Assembly: GCA_015680685.1 (NCBI GenBank)
Contig: MNCI01003467.1
Span: 327,564 to 391,563, forward strand
Reading direction: 5' to 3'
Origin: Gnetum montanum
Lineage: Eukaryota > Plantae > Gnetophyta
DNA length: 64,000 bases
In this document: in pieces, positions 1 through 12,167 of the stretch
Numbering within the stretch: the first letter of the stretch is position 1
Layout: every line of letters begins with the position of its first letter
Program-made: the position numbers and the translations under genes
The notes under the pieces: model-generated
The model's database searches: none
The model's input: the letters and a program-made list of their open reading frames with translations, nothing else
What the model was told of the DNA's origin: nothing

Positions 1-396
1 TTAACCTAGAAAATAGAAAATATTATTCCAATTCAATTAGGAAACTAGGAGAATGCTATAATAGTATAAAATAGCTCAATCTTTATTGTCAGTCACACTT
101 GTACCCAAGTATAAGATGTTTAAACAAAGATGTCATTCACTAAGTTACACTACACTATGGGCATTCACACTTCTAATTGCTAAGTCTAAGTGGATGAAAT
201 GAAACTACAAGAGTTTTGTTACTAGTGAAATGAAACTTATGTAGATTGTGCCCAAGTGTCATATTTATAGGATTGTACATATCCCAAGATATCGTATCAA
301 CGAGGATGTAGCATGTGCTACGATATCAAATAAACAACATCGTTGATGTGATATGGTTGTTACAATATCGTTGGTGATAAACATTTGACTTTATCA
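1..396 (-). repeat. 3' LTR of element A (partial)
   Basis: Aligns with 16232-16629 (about 8 mismatches in the first 60 nt). It ends TTATCA on + (TGATAA start on -) and abuts the PPT. Confidence 0.92.
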
Positions 397-429
397 TACC
401 CCCACAATTGACTGAAAACTTGTCCTCAT
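397..429 (-). promoter_or_regulatory. Polypurine tract and conserved TGAGGACAAG motif of element A
   Basis: Minus strand reads TGAGGACAAG...TTGTGGGGGTA immediately before the LTR. The same arrangement occurs at 41160-41190 and 59824-59855. Confidence 0.85.
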
Positions 430-610
430 GTTAAAACAAAATGAGGATAGAGTCCTTTACAAAATTGGGAGGTAGACTTAACTATTTAACTATTTAGGAC
501 TGACTGACTATATGCAAGACAATAAATTCCATAGTGGTGTTTTACAAAATTTGACACAAGTTTCTAACAAAAAAACAAAATAAGGCAAAACCAATGAAGC
601 TCAATGTAGC

Positions 611-3352
611 CTAAGTAATGCTCGGTGGTGGCAGCTCCTCCATTGGTCGCTTTCCCTTGTCATTAGGCTTCTAAAATTTGTATTTGTTAAACAACACTTG
701 AAGTTTTTCTTCCTCCGTTTTAGGGTCATGTATTGTCCATGCTGATTGGATGATATGTGATGGAGCTAGTACATCCCATGGACATGGTAGTTGCAGGAAC
801 ATCTGATTTGCTTTTATATACCATGCTACAAATTGCCTCCTTTCTTCTTCAAATGCTCTAGCCATTTTGCACAACTCTTGGTAATCTAACATTCTTTTGG
901 CCAAGTTGGCTACAACATTCTTTTGGCTCTAATAGTTAGCTTTAACCACTTCTATTTTATAGTTTGCCACATGTAGCTTCTATAAGACATTCTTTCTGTC
1001 TACAAACTCTTTTTCATACAATGCATACACAGTTGCCACTTGTTATTCAAGCTCATTCCTAGGCCTACTTGTTGTCAACATGGCTAAGTTAGCATATCGC
1101 AGGTTTGCTAGCCCCATGTATTCTATTAAGTCCTCGATTTGTAGGTCTTTGTTTTTGATTTTCGCTTGGTGGACATGAGTCATGCTATCCAAGATGGGCT
1201 TCCAGTCTAGATTCTATGCTGATATTGAGTTGATTTGGGCCTTAACCATTCAAATTTCTCTCTCATTAATCTATTTGTTCATGCCCACTTGATTGCAAAA
1301 ATGTTCTTTGAGCCTTTTATACCTTTTTATCTGTCACATACTTATTTCAGTATTTGATTTCTGTCTGATTATGCGTACCTCCTCCATTGAGAGGGTTATG
1401 TTCTCTTGTGTTAGGCGGCTCATATCCTAGTTGATCTTCATCAAGTCTCTTAATTGATGGATGCTTTCTTCAAGAACATTTTTCTACTTCTCCATGTTGG
1501 TAAATCAAGTATTATTTGTAGCCAATTGTTTGTTTTCTTCTTGTAATGCAATGTGCCTTAGCATGTGCATATGTCTCTGTTGTTGCTATTGAGGCATCTA
1601 ACACCACATTTTCTTTCTTGTTCTTCATCTCCTTGTTATGCTTCACAAGGTGATTGATTTGTTTTATTCTAAATTGGTCTAGCTAGTCAGGTGCAATGAA
1701 TTGAGTGGGGTCTCTCCTTTCTACCCTTAGGATCACTAGCCCTTCTTATAATCTACAAATTTTATTTTTTGCATTCTTTTCCTTGGTTTCTACCATGACC
1801 AACTTTCCCTTGGTGGCTATAAGATCAGACTACATTGTAGTGACATTGCTTGGAATGTTAAAAAGATTTTTCATGACCTATCCCATCTACAATAGTCTAT
1901 CAAGCACATCCTCATGATTTGCAAAAGTCATTGAGGTATGAGATAAAATTTGAACATCTCTGGCTCTAGAAAGATTGGCTAGTGATACAACAGGTGCATT
2001 GAATAATTCTTTTATGTGATTTGTGATCACTTTTGTAGCTCTTGCTACATCCTGGTGCTACATAACCACGACCATGGCTCCTTCTCTAGTTTCTAGCACC
2101 ATTTGAAATGATGTAATGTTCCTAAAAATCTATTGTAACCATTGGTTCCCTTCTCTTAACTGTAATGAAATCTATCAACTAACAAGATCTGTGAAAACTA
2201 TGGGTTGGAAGGAATTGTCGATGACTTTGTAAATATTTTTCTCCTCACATGTTTCCAAATTGATAGTCTCTACAATATGTTGCATGTGACTCATTGAAGG
2301 CCTATAATCTTATAGCAGAGGAGGTGGTGGAACTTGTTGTTGCTGACCACTAGTTCCTGCTTATTGTTGTTGCTTAGTAATTTGAGTGGTTTCCTTAGTG
2401 CCTATTTGTGTTTCCACTTGATCTTTCTTTGGAGGCACTAACTTGAGCATCTTAGCATATGAGGCATTTTTGGCTTTCTAGGTATGTCATTGGTATATCC
2501 AAGGATGCCAGCTTGTTGGCATAGCTTCCTAATAAGGCAAAGAAATGGAGGTGTCAACTTCCTTGTCTTTTTCTCCTCAAATCACCTTTGGATTTTCAAG
2601 AAGTAGAGATGTGAAATATTTTCATTAACTTATTCCATTAAGAGTGTACTTCCTATAACTGCATATGTTGAAATTTTGTTCAATCTTTCTATTGGAAACA
2701 ACTGATAAGTGCTAATTTTGAAGTAGATTTTCTCTTATGGGGTCAGCTCATCATAATCTTTGTCATCTTTGCTGTATGATTGTTGCAACCATAGTTTTCT
2801 TGTCTCTATATCTGATTTAGTAGAAAGATGTGTTGCTTTTTCCCCTTCATTGGGCACATTAAGAACTTCAACTCTCACCTTTATAGAATAGGATATTAAG
2901 ACTCCTTCAATTTTAACTATAGCATGTGCTTGCTTTTTATGCTAGAATTGGTACATTTTCCCTAAATACCATTATTCACTACTTGTGAGTGCAGGCCATA
3001 ATGATGATGCTTGGAGTTGTGTCTTAACCATATCTAGAGAAAATTCCATGAATGGATCAAAGTTGAGCTCTACAATCACTATGGACATGATCATTTTCTC
3101 CTAGATGATCTAGAGGTAATTTGGTGACAATGTGAGGTGCTATCCTTATGTTGGTGCTTATGGATCTTCTACTTTCACCTAGGTCAAGTGCTCTATGGCA
3201 AGGGTTTCTTGATGGATACTAAAGGATCAAACCTCTTACGTTGCATGTTCTACTTGTGGGGTTTGTTTCCCTGTTTGGCCTCTTCCATGGCCTCTTAGTC
3301 TTTTACTCACTGGCTGTGAGGGTTCTCCTATTGTTCCTCTTTTTGTGACCAT
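611..3352 (-). pseudogene. Athila env-like accessory ORF remnant of A (plant-transposon-protein-like N-terminal part, coiled-coil C-terminal part)
   Basis: Starts ...TATAG|ATG MVTKRGTIGEPSQP and ends ...DKGKRPMEELPPPSIT*. ORF 671-904 is part of it. It is collinear with 60010-62809 and has many stops. Confidence 0.75.
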
Positions 3353-3904
3353 CTATAATCATCCAGGATTTGGAATTTATTAAAATACTTATTCCAATTC
3401 ATCATAACATTTTTCCTTAATCATACCCATAGCTAGATCAAGTTCTTAACTTATTATGATTGTAGAGCTAGAAAAATTTTCAAAAAGGAGTCCCTTAAAG
3501 TATTGTTTCTTGTATAACCCTTCATACTTATCAATGTTTCTCTTGTTTGTGACCTATAATAGTTGATATGGTATATTATAAGGATTATTTATGTATTTAT
3601 AGCTTAAATATGATTGATCATTGTTGAAATTTTTTATTTTTCCTTTGTACTTACCCCTACAATACCTTCCAGGTCTTAGAAAAATTTTGACTCAATTTGT
3701 AATGATATCATGCTAAGTACCCTACCCACCCTCTCCATGACTAAGTTGAGAGCTCCATGATCAACAAGGTTGAACAAATCTAGGAAATCGGAGGTACGAG
3801 GATGAAGTTATGAGTGTTAGAAGTTAGGGTGTTAGAGCTCTGTTTAAAAGTTAAAATGACAAAAATTCTTTCTTAGTAAAAAAAGTGAAATGAAAAATTT
3901 CCCT

Positions 3905-4010
3905 AACACCTCGCTTTATATATACTATTTTATATGCACGATATCATAGATCATATATTTTATATACAATATTGAAGGAGATTTGATATCATTGCTACGA
4001 TATCACCATT
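3905..4010 (-). promoter_or_regulatory. Putative internal promoter upstream of the env-like ORF (GATATC array followed by TATA box)
   Basis: Several (C)GATATC-type motifs are followed on the minus strand by TATATATAAAG. This mirrors the LTR U3 layout and is conserved at 63325-63420. Confidence 0.55.
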
Positions 4011-5063
4011 GAAATTTTCAAAATTTTCATCAAATGTTTAGAAACAAAGTGAGTCAAGTCAAATGTCTGGAAGATATGCAACATGTCTAGAGGGTTTTGG
4101 AATGGATATGATGCTCTTGTTACAAAAATCAAGCATTAAGGTTCAATGAGAAAGGAATCTCAAGCTACAAAAGTTTATTAAGTGGCTATGAGATGGATGA
4201 GAAAAGAAATGAATTCTTGGCATATAATAGAGTTACTGGATGTTAAGGATAGTTATTAATAGTTATTATTCTTGGAGGGATCAAGATGATGTGGTATTTC
4301 TTGCAAAGTATGAAATACAATAGTTATACAAGTGGATCCTCCCCAATGTAGGCTACAGCCCTTAGTGCCCTTGTATAACCACACCTAAAAGTGTCCATAG
4401 CCACTTAAGGAGTTGAATGTAATGCATACTTATCTAGGAAAAAACACATGTTAGTAGTACTAGGTTGGAAAAATTATGCTATATTATAAAAACCCATAAG
4501 TTATGATTAATAATACAGTGAGTTGAGATGGACTTAGAAGGGATTGCAGAAATTGGGATGTGAGGTGTCTTACCATAGGCATAATGAATTATTGTGTATT
4601 AGTGATGGTTAATGTAATTACTAGCCTTTTTATCCAAGCTCTAAATCAAGTCTATACCACTGTCCAGTGATATTACATTGTTTCACCTCTCAAATTCATA
4701 ACCATAAGACTATCACAATTGCAAGGAGTATCATCACTTGGTGTTTTTTCCAACGGAGGAGTTTATTCATTACACTCTTTTTTTTTTTGAAATTTCTAAG
4801 AAGTCACTTACCTTCAAGCATGGATAACATGTCTTTCTAGTGGAACCTCTAGAAATTCATTCTGTGCATGAGTTTTATTTTTATTTGTGTCAACCTTACC
4901 AGAGAACAACCTTTAAGTATGGATAACATGTCTTTCCAATGACATGACAATGTGTATTTCCATCTATTGTTAAATCTACAAGGATATAATTAAAAGCTTA
5001 GCAGCATGATAGAACATATAGTAGTGATCCAAGAGATTCCACAAATTCCCTTGATGTCACACT

Positions 5064-6196
5064 TCTTGACCTTTTAGTATGTCAAAACCTTAAGAAAAAT
5101 GGAGAATAAGGTTGTTTGTGTGGTTGTTGTGTTTGTAGGGCAAGAACTTGGATTTGAAAAAAAAAAGAGAGCTCAAGGACATCTACAAGAAATCATGTAG
5201 AAATTCAAGAGCAAGGATAAGGAACAAAGATTTTAAAGTGCAAAGGAAACTAAAGAAATATGTCTACAAGAAATAGCAGCCTTCTTGGCCAAGTTGAAGA
5301 TTGCTCAGAAGCAGATGTCTTCAAAAAACAACAAACATCCTAGCTGAGTTGAAGGTTGCTCAGAAGAAGATGTATTTGAGAAATAGAACATGTATTTCTA
5401 GTGTGAAAGATGTCTTCTTGAAGACATCTCCACAAAGACATGTTTCCTATGGAAAAGACATCTCTCTAGAATAAATTTTTAATGCAAAAAGACATCTTAG
5501 CCTTGAAGAAGATGTCTTCAATGATCATTAGATAGGCATTGCACAAATTCTAAGGTGATTTCAGAAACATATTGGCTATAAGAAGACTTCATTTCATTGG
5601 AAAATGAACAAGCATTAAGTACTATCAAGTGTCATTATCAAGCAATCATTGTAATTATCATTCTCTTATTATTATTACTCATTGTACTATCTTTTGTATG
5701 TTGAAATTAGTCAAAGTTAGCTATACCTCAAATTACAATGATCAACAAACTTAGTTGCATTATTTCCTTGTGATTGTTGTTCTTTTTTACTACCCTGCAT
5801 GGTTGATGTGCTTCTTGAAGGAAGGCATCTTACTTGAGCTTGTTGGGATCCTACAAGATTGAGTGTTGGTGTAGCACCACAACACTCTAGAGTGGAGCTC
5901 AAGTTGTAAAGATTATGGGATCGAGAAATCACATTCTGTGCTTGTCAGGTCCTTTTGGGTTTGAGTGGATTTGTTATGTCAAATCACTTTGGGGTAGACC
6001 TTAGAGCTTGTGTAGGGTGTAGTATCATTCAAACCATATTTTGAGAGGAACAAAGTTTAGAGATGTGGTAGTGATCTACCCTCCAAGTGTGGACTACCCA
6101 AGTTGGGAAATCATGTTAAAATTTGATATGTGATTTGGATGATTAATTTTTGTTTTGGGAAACTTATTCAACCCCTTGTAAGTTCAATGATCCTTA
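5064..6196 (+). repeat. 5' LTR of element B
   Basis: Collinear with 10471-11592. Termini are mutated (TCTTG...CCTTA). It contains an AAGAYRTCT motif array and TATAAGAAG at ~5577. Confidence 0.92.
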
Positions 6197-6198
6197 AG

Positions 6199-6210
6199 TG
6201 GTATTAGAGC
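6199..6210 (+). promoter_or_regulatory. Primer binding site (tRNA-iMet) of B
   Basis: TGGTATTAGAGC, one mismatch from TGGTATCAGAGC, 2 nt after the LTR. Confidence 0.9.
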
Positions 6211-6248
6211 TTGGTACTCCTTTTCTTCATCAAATTCAAGAGTGAACA

Positions 6249-8100
6249 ATGGAGGGGACATCTTATATAAGTCCACCCATGTGTGATGGATTTGACTTTG
6301 CCTATTGGAAAGCTAGAATGTAAGGATTCTTTGAATCTATGGAGTTTGAAGTTTGGGAGTCCATCCTTGAAGGCTACACTTCATCTGTCGACAACTCCAC
6401 TAGAATCATCAATCCCTACAGCAAACTGACATAACAAGAGAAAGATAAGTTTATGTTTGATTGAAAAGTCAAAAATTATTTTTTTTGCACTTTGAATAAA
6501 TATGAGTTTAATAGAGTAGCAAGATGTAAAACGACTAAAGAATTTTGGCAAATATGAGAAGCTACTTATGAAGGAACCTTTATTGTCAAACAATCTAAAT
6601 TGTTAGTTTTGCAAAGCAAATATGATAAGTTTCAAATGAGAGAAGGTGAGAAAATAAAAGGTTACTTCTCTAGAGATATTATTGTAGCCATTAGAGGTAT
6701 CGATACAGATTTACCCAAGAACAATGTCACCATTAAAATGATTAGAACACTTTAGCAGGAGTTCAGACCAAAGGTCACAACCATGGAGGAAATCAGAGAT
6801 TTTTCAACTTTGAAATTTGAAAAGCTTCAAAGTGCTCTCATTCCTAATGAAATGAATCTCATGAGTGAAGGAGCTATCCAAGAAAAACCCATCACTATAA
6901 AGACTACCTCCAAGGAGAAAGAACTCAATGAGCATGATGAGGGTACCAAAGATTAGATTTCCTTTCTCTTAAGGAAGCTACAACAATTGATAGCAAGAAT
7001 AAGAGGTCAAATTAGAAAACATTCAATCTATTTAAAGGTAAAGAAAGAGGTAAAAAAATTTTAAATTCCAATCTTGATTTCTCTTCTATAGAATGTTGGA
7101 TCTATGATGGAAGGCCATATGACCTCTAAATATCCTAGCAATAGTAGGTTGTAGCCCAAGAATACACCCAATGATGACATAAATAAGACCAACTTTTATA
7201 CAGGTTGGGATGATGGGAAGTAGAGTGAGAAAGAGGTGAAGGATGATGCAAAAAATTTTGATAATGACAATGATTAATTAGATGATGATCTTAATGATGA
7301 AAAGAGGTTTGATCTTTTATGCACTGAATTCTTGTCTTTTCAAAATCTTTGTAATAAGTTAAATAAACAAGTCAAAACTAGGATTAGGAGATCTCCTTGT
7401 TGAATTTGACTATTTCTAACCTTACAAAGGAACTCTCAAACCTAAGGGCTAAGAATGAAAAGGTAACCTTGTCCTATGAATAGGCTAAAGTAGAAATTGC
7501 AAATGTCAAATTAGTAAATGAAAGGCTAGTAAAGGAAAAGGAATCACCTCGGATGGTACTGGGACAAGGAAGAAGTCCACATGATAAGAGTGGTTTGTGA
7601 TGCTACATGTAATAGCAACCACCATCAATAAACACATCACAATCAAATGATCTTTCAAAGGAAAATGCTACTACATCAAAATCAGAGGAAGCTCCTATCC
7701 ATCAAAATGATCTTAAAAGGTTTGATCATCCAAATCATTCATACTATCATTGGAAGATTAGTTGCTATTATTGTCATAAATTAGGGCATAAACAATGGGA
7801 TTGCAATCTTAAGTATTATCATATGAAAAGTTGGTCATATCATAGGACTCCTTGGTCTTCTCAAAGTGCACTGAGAAAGGAATTTTTTCAAGATCATAGG
7901 AGATATTGGACATCAACTCAAAAGAACAAAGGAATTAGGAAAGAATGAAGAATTAAAAGATAGGAATAGGGGAACTAGGAAACTCTCACCAAAAAATTCA
8001 GGAGAGGAATCCAAGCCTTGGACATTGAAGAAGTTTGGCTAAGAAGAGAATTCTCAAAAGAGAAAATTTCCTCTCTAGCTCTTCAAGTACCTTTAGTTTT
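6249..8100 (+). pseudogene. gag: Extended copia (SIRE-type) gag remnant
   Basis: N-terminus MEGTSYISPPMCDGFDFAYWKARM. CCHC knuckle CYYCHKLGHKQWDC at ~7763-7804 with a coiled-coil region before it. No DSG protease follows. Confidence 0.85.
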
Positions 8101-8500
8101 CAATAGAATAGTAGGTAAGTAGAGGTAAGTTTTTGTTTTTATAAGCAACTATTAAGACTATAGTCCTTGGAAGCTTTTCCCAAAACCCATCCTATTGAGC
8201 CTTTCTTAGAAAGATGTCTACCTGAAGATGTCCTCCCAAAGACATCTACTCCAAATGAAAGATGTCTACTCATAAAAAGACATCTATTTGATTTTTCTTG
8301 TAGTGTGGCAAAGATGTCTATTATGTATAAAAGACATCTATTGGTGATTTTTAAACATGGATAAGATGTCTTCTTTTTCATTCAGAGCCATTGTTCTTCA
8401 TTGCTATTAAAGTCAAAACCCTCATTCCTTTGTTGTGTTCTTCCAAATTAACCCCATAGAGACGACTAGAGCTCCATCATTAGTAGAGATTTTGTAAAAG

Positions 8501-10090
8501 ATGGCCCACAAGAAGATTGGGATGACTAGGAAACAACCAAAGAAGAAATTCAAGGGTAGTTATAGTAGTGCAACACTCACTTACATGTCCTAGTTTTAAA
8601 ATTAAAGTGTGTAATAGAGGTTTGAGGCAACTTGAACCACAAGTATTATTACTGAGCATTCTCTTTCCTTTCTTACACATAGGCAAGCTACTTGAATGGG
8701 TTATTGCAAGGTGTTGAACTCAAGAAACTTTATTGCAATGAATTTTTTGGTTCCTAAAGTTTTAATTTATGAATTTTATTGCAATATTGTTGTCACTAAT
8801 GCTATTGTTGGAGCATTCACTTTCATGGTTGGGAGTCTTCTCATCAAGGTGTTTCTCCAAGTTGTGAATGAAATCCTTGGGATCTCCAATGTAGATATCT
8901 TTTGGGTAATCATTGATATCATTCATGAAATTTATACAAATGGTATAATTCTTATAGGATATGATGAATTTTATGATGTTTTTTTTTTGAGAAAGATGTA
9001 TCCTTTGATAGAGGTCATGTTGAGAGAAGCATGATGACTCCTGATGCTTCCACCTTGTCTCTTATCATGTTGTATAACATTATGGTAAAAGGGAAAGTTA
9101 TAGTTATTTACTACCATTCCAAGCTTTTGTGCTTTATTATCTTCTCATAGGATTGCCATTAGATCTAGGGCATACACCCTATTGGGACATTATCAGTCTA
9201 TTTAACAGGAAAGAGTCCTTGGGAATCCATATCTTATTAGCTTATTGATACATCAAAAGGGTGTACTTATTCCAGAGATGTCTTTGCTTAAAGGTAAGAG
9301 GAGCCTTGGTGAATATGTTGAGAAGTAAAGTCTTTCAAATGTAGTTGAAGCAGGACCGAGCACCAGATCGCAAAAGAAGGAGGCATCTTTATCAAGAACC
9401 TATTCTCAACTAAGCAGATTAAAATCCACTAGTGCCCAGATCATTTCTTCACTAAAGAAGCTTCTTTGAGCTTTTCCACAAGCCATTGGAAAGCTTGGTA
9501 GAAACCTCTCTTACATGTGTAAGAGTTTGAATGCAACTGGTATTCCTCCTCCTTCTAATGGGAAGGAGTTCATGGAGGTTACTACCCCTCCTATTTCTAA
9601 TAGTGAGGAAGATGTTCCTATCCCACCAAGGCATTCTGCAATAGCCAACCCTTCACTTGCTTATGAATCAGGGATGGAGTCTGATTCAAAGCCTGAGGCA
9701 CCACTAGCTTGTGTCTAGGTGGAGCATCAAGTTCCCATGTACTAGTTTGAGCATTATGATCATGCATGTCCCATACATTTAGTTCCTCCATTAGCCAATG
9801 CTCTTAACTTATTTGAGCAACAAGCTATGGAGAGTATCTTTGGGACCACATCCCAATGGATACTAGCTTAGTAGCCTCCAATTTATCTAGATCCTCCAAC
9901 TTCATCTCCATTTTGTGTGAATCTTTGTTCCCGATGAGCTCTCATCCAATAGGTTGAGTCCTTTGATCAAGATGAGAAGTGATTGAACTGACACAACACC
10001 AGTAGTGATGATGATGATGAGGATACTTATCATCCATCCCTAATGACAAAGAGATATGAATCTAAGGATGCAACTGAGATTAGTGATTAG
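8501..10090 (+). pseudogene. SIRE env-like / putative plant transposon protein ORF remnant
   Basis: ATG at 8501. The segment VPKVLIYEFYCNI...FTFMVGSLLIKVFLQVVNEILGI resembles the EFYxN motif of plant-transposon-protein domains. It has a Pro/Ser/acidic tail and lies upstream of the PPT. Confidence 0.65.
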
Positions 10091-10470
10091 GAACCTTGTG
10101 TGATCATTTTCTCTCTTCTTTTTATTGATTTCCAAGAAGGGGAAGAAATTTTTTATTCTCACATATGTGGTTGATGTGATGCTACCATTTGTATATATAG
10201 TTCCAGATTTATGTGGATAGTTAGTTGTATGAATAGTTGCATAAGAGTTATAGAATAATGGTATTTCCTTTGTTATCTCTGTGTGGTGTACTTTTGATCT
10301 TTACTTTTACATCATTTCATTGTTTTTCTTGTACTATTGAACTACCTTGAACCTCAATGCTTTATCCTAGTCCTTGGCTGCCATAGGAATTTATATGTAT
10401 TGATATGTTTCTTTATTAATTTATCTCATCCATTTTCTTAACTTTTGGACATCACTAAAAAGGGGGAGAT

Positions 10471-11592
10471 TGTTGAAATTTTGGTATGCCAAAACCATAA
10501 GAAAAATGGAGAACAAGGTTGTTTGTGTAGTTGTTATGTTTGTAGGATAAGAACTTGGATTTGGACAAAAGGAGAGATTAATGACATCTATAAGAAAACA
10601 TGTAGGAATTTAAGAGCAAGGACAAGGAAAAAATATTTCAAAGTGCAAAGGAAACTAAAGAAAGATGTCTCCAAGAAATAGTAGACATCTTGGCCAAGTT
10701 GAAGATTGCTCAGAAGAAGACATCTTTGAAAAATAGTATACATCTTGGTCGAGTTGAAGGTTGATAACAAGAAGATGTTTTTAAGAAATAGTAGACATCC
10801 TTCTAGTAAGCAAGATGCCTTCATGAAGATGTCTCTACAAAGATGTCTTTCTTGTGGAAAAGACATCTTTCTAGAATGAAGGTCTAATGTAAAAAGATGT
10901 CTCAACCTCAAAGAATATGTCTCCAATGATTGTTAGATAGCTATTACATGAATTCCAAGTTAATTTTGGAAACATATTGGCTATAAGAAGACTTCATTCC
11001 ATTGGAAAATGAGCAAGAATTGAGTACTATCAAGAAATCATTGTAATCATCATTCTCTTGTTATTGTTCCTCATTGTACTATCTTTTTTCTATTGAAATT
11101 GGTCAAAGTGAGTTGTACCTTAAGTTACAATGATCAACAAACTTAGTTGCATTCTTTCCTTGTGATTGTTATTCTCTTTTACTACCTTGTGGGGTTGATG
11201 TACTTCTTGTGGAAAGGCATCTTGCTTGAGCTTGTTAGGATCCTATGGGATTGAGTGTTGGTGTAGCACCACAATACTCCAGAGTGGAGTTCAAGTTGTA
11301 AAGGTTGTGGGATTTTGGAAATCACATTCTAAGCTTGTTAGGACCTTGTTGGGTTGAGTGGATTCATTACATCTAATCACTGTGAAGTAGAGCTTAGAGC
11401 TTGTATAGGGTGTGGTACCCTTCAAACCACATTTTGAGAGCAACAAAGTTTAGAGGTGTGCTAGTGAACTACCCTCCAAGTGTGAACTACCCAAGTTGGG
11501 AAACCACATTAAAATTTGATATGTGCTTTGGCTGATTAATTTTTATTTTTGGGAACTTATTCATCCCCCCTCTCTAAGCTCAACGATCCTCA
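10471..11592 (+). repeat. 3' LTR of element B
   Basis: TGTTG...CCTCA, preceded by the PPT at 10457-10470. Confidence 0.92.
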
Positions 11593-12167
11593 ACACCATC
11601 TACATTCGCACTTGGTTCTTCACTTTTCTCTCCAAGCATACTGATCAAAAGTTTATTCTTAGTTTTATAATGAGAAATAATATCATTATGGCCATGGTAA
11701 GAACCTCTTATTAATGGTATGGGGGGATGGATGTTGTGGTCTTACTATACCAATAATCAGTTTCTTATGACTTGTTAACATAGAGAAATCTTCACCTTAT
11801 TAGACTACATCTTGCCTTATGCTTCGTATGTTTTATTAACAATCAAAATATGCACAAAGAAAATGAGAACAAAGTATGAAAAAGATAGTAAGAATAGAAA
11901 AGGATTTAAAAAATGAAAAATGTTAAAAGAATGAAAAATCCTTAAAGAATGGATAAATGTAAAAGAATTAAGAAATTATTGAAAAATTGAAAAGTATAAA
12001 AGAATAGAAAAATATATAAAAAATGTGGAAATTAGTAAGAAATATGAAAAAGTATAATAAAAAATAATAAACCAAAAGGAATTGTAAGACAAAAATTTGA
12101 AAAGAACTTATTAATTCCTAGATCATGGTAAGGCATCTTCCCCATGACTAAACTCATGGGTGAGTGT

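Larger units (their letters stand above)
5064..11592 (+). mobile_element. Element B: non-autonomous SIRE/Maximus-type Ty1/copia element (gag + env-like, no pol)
   Basis: LTRs at 5064-6196 and 10471-11592, TSD ACACT/ACACC, PBS TGGTATTAGAGC and PPT AAAAAGGGGGAGAT. The LTR end carries the Sirevirus-type C-rich motif TATTCATCCCCCCTCT. The flanks rejoin into sequence homologous to 42525-42560. Confidence 0.9.

Noticed and set aside
611-3352. True retroviral envelope gene implying infectivity
   Set aside because: No signal peptide, cleavage site or clear transmembrane anchor is visible. 'Env-like' is used only as a positional label.
10445-10926. ORFs inside LTRs (also 5717-5932, 23264-23467, 49930-50205)
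   Set aside because: They are not preserved in the partner or homologous LTR and show no domain motifs, so they are chance ORFs.
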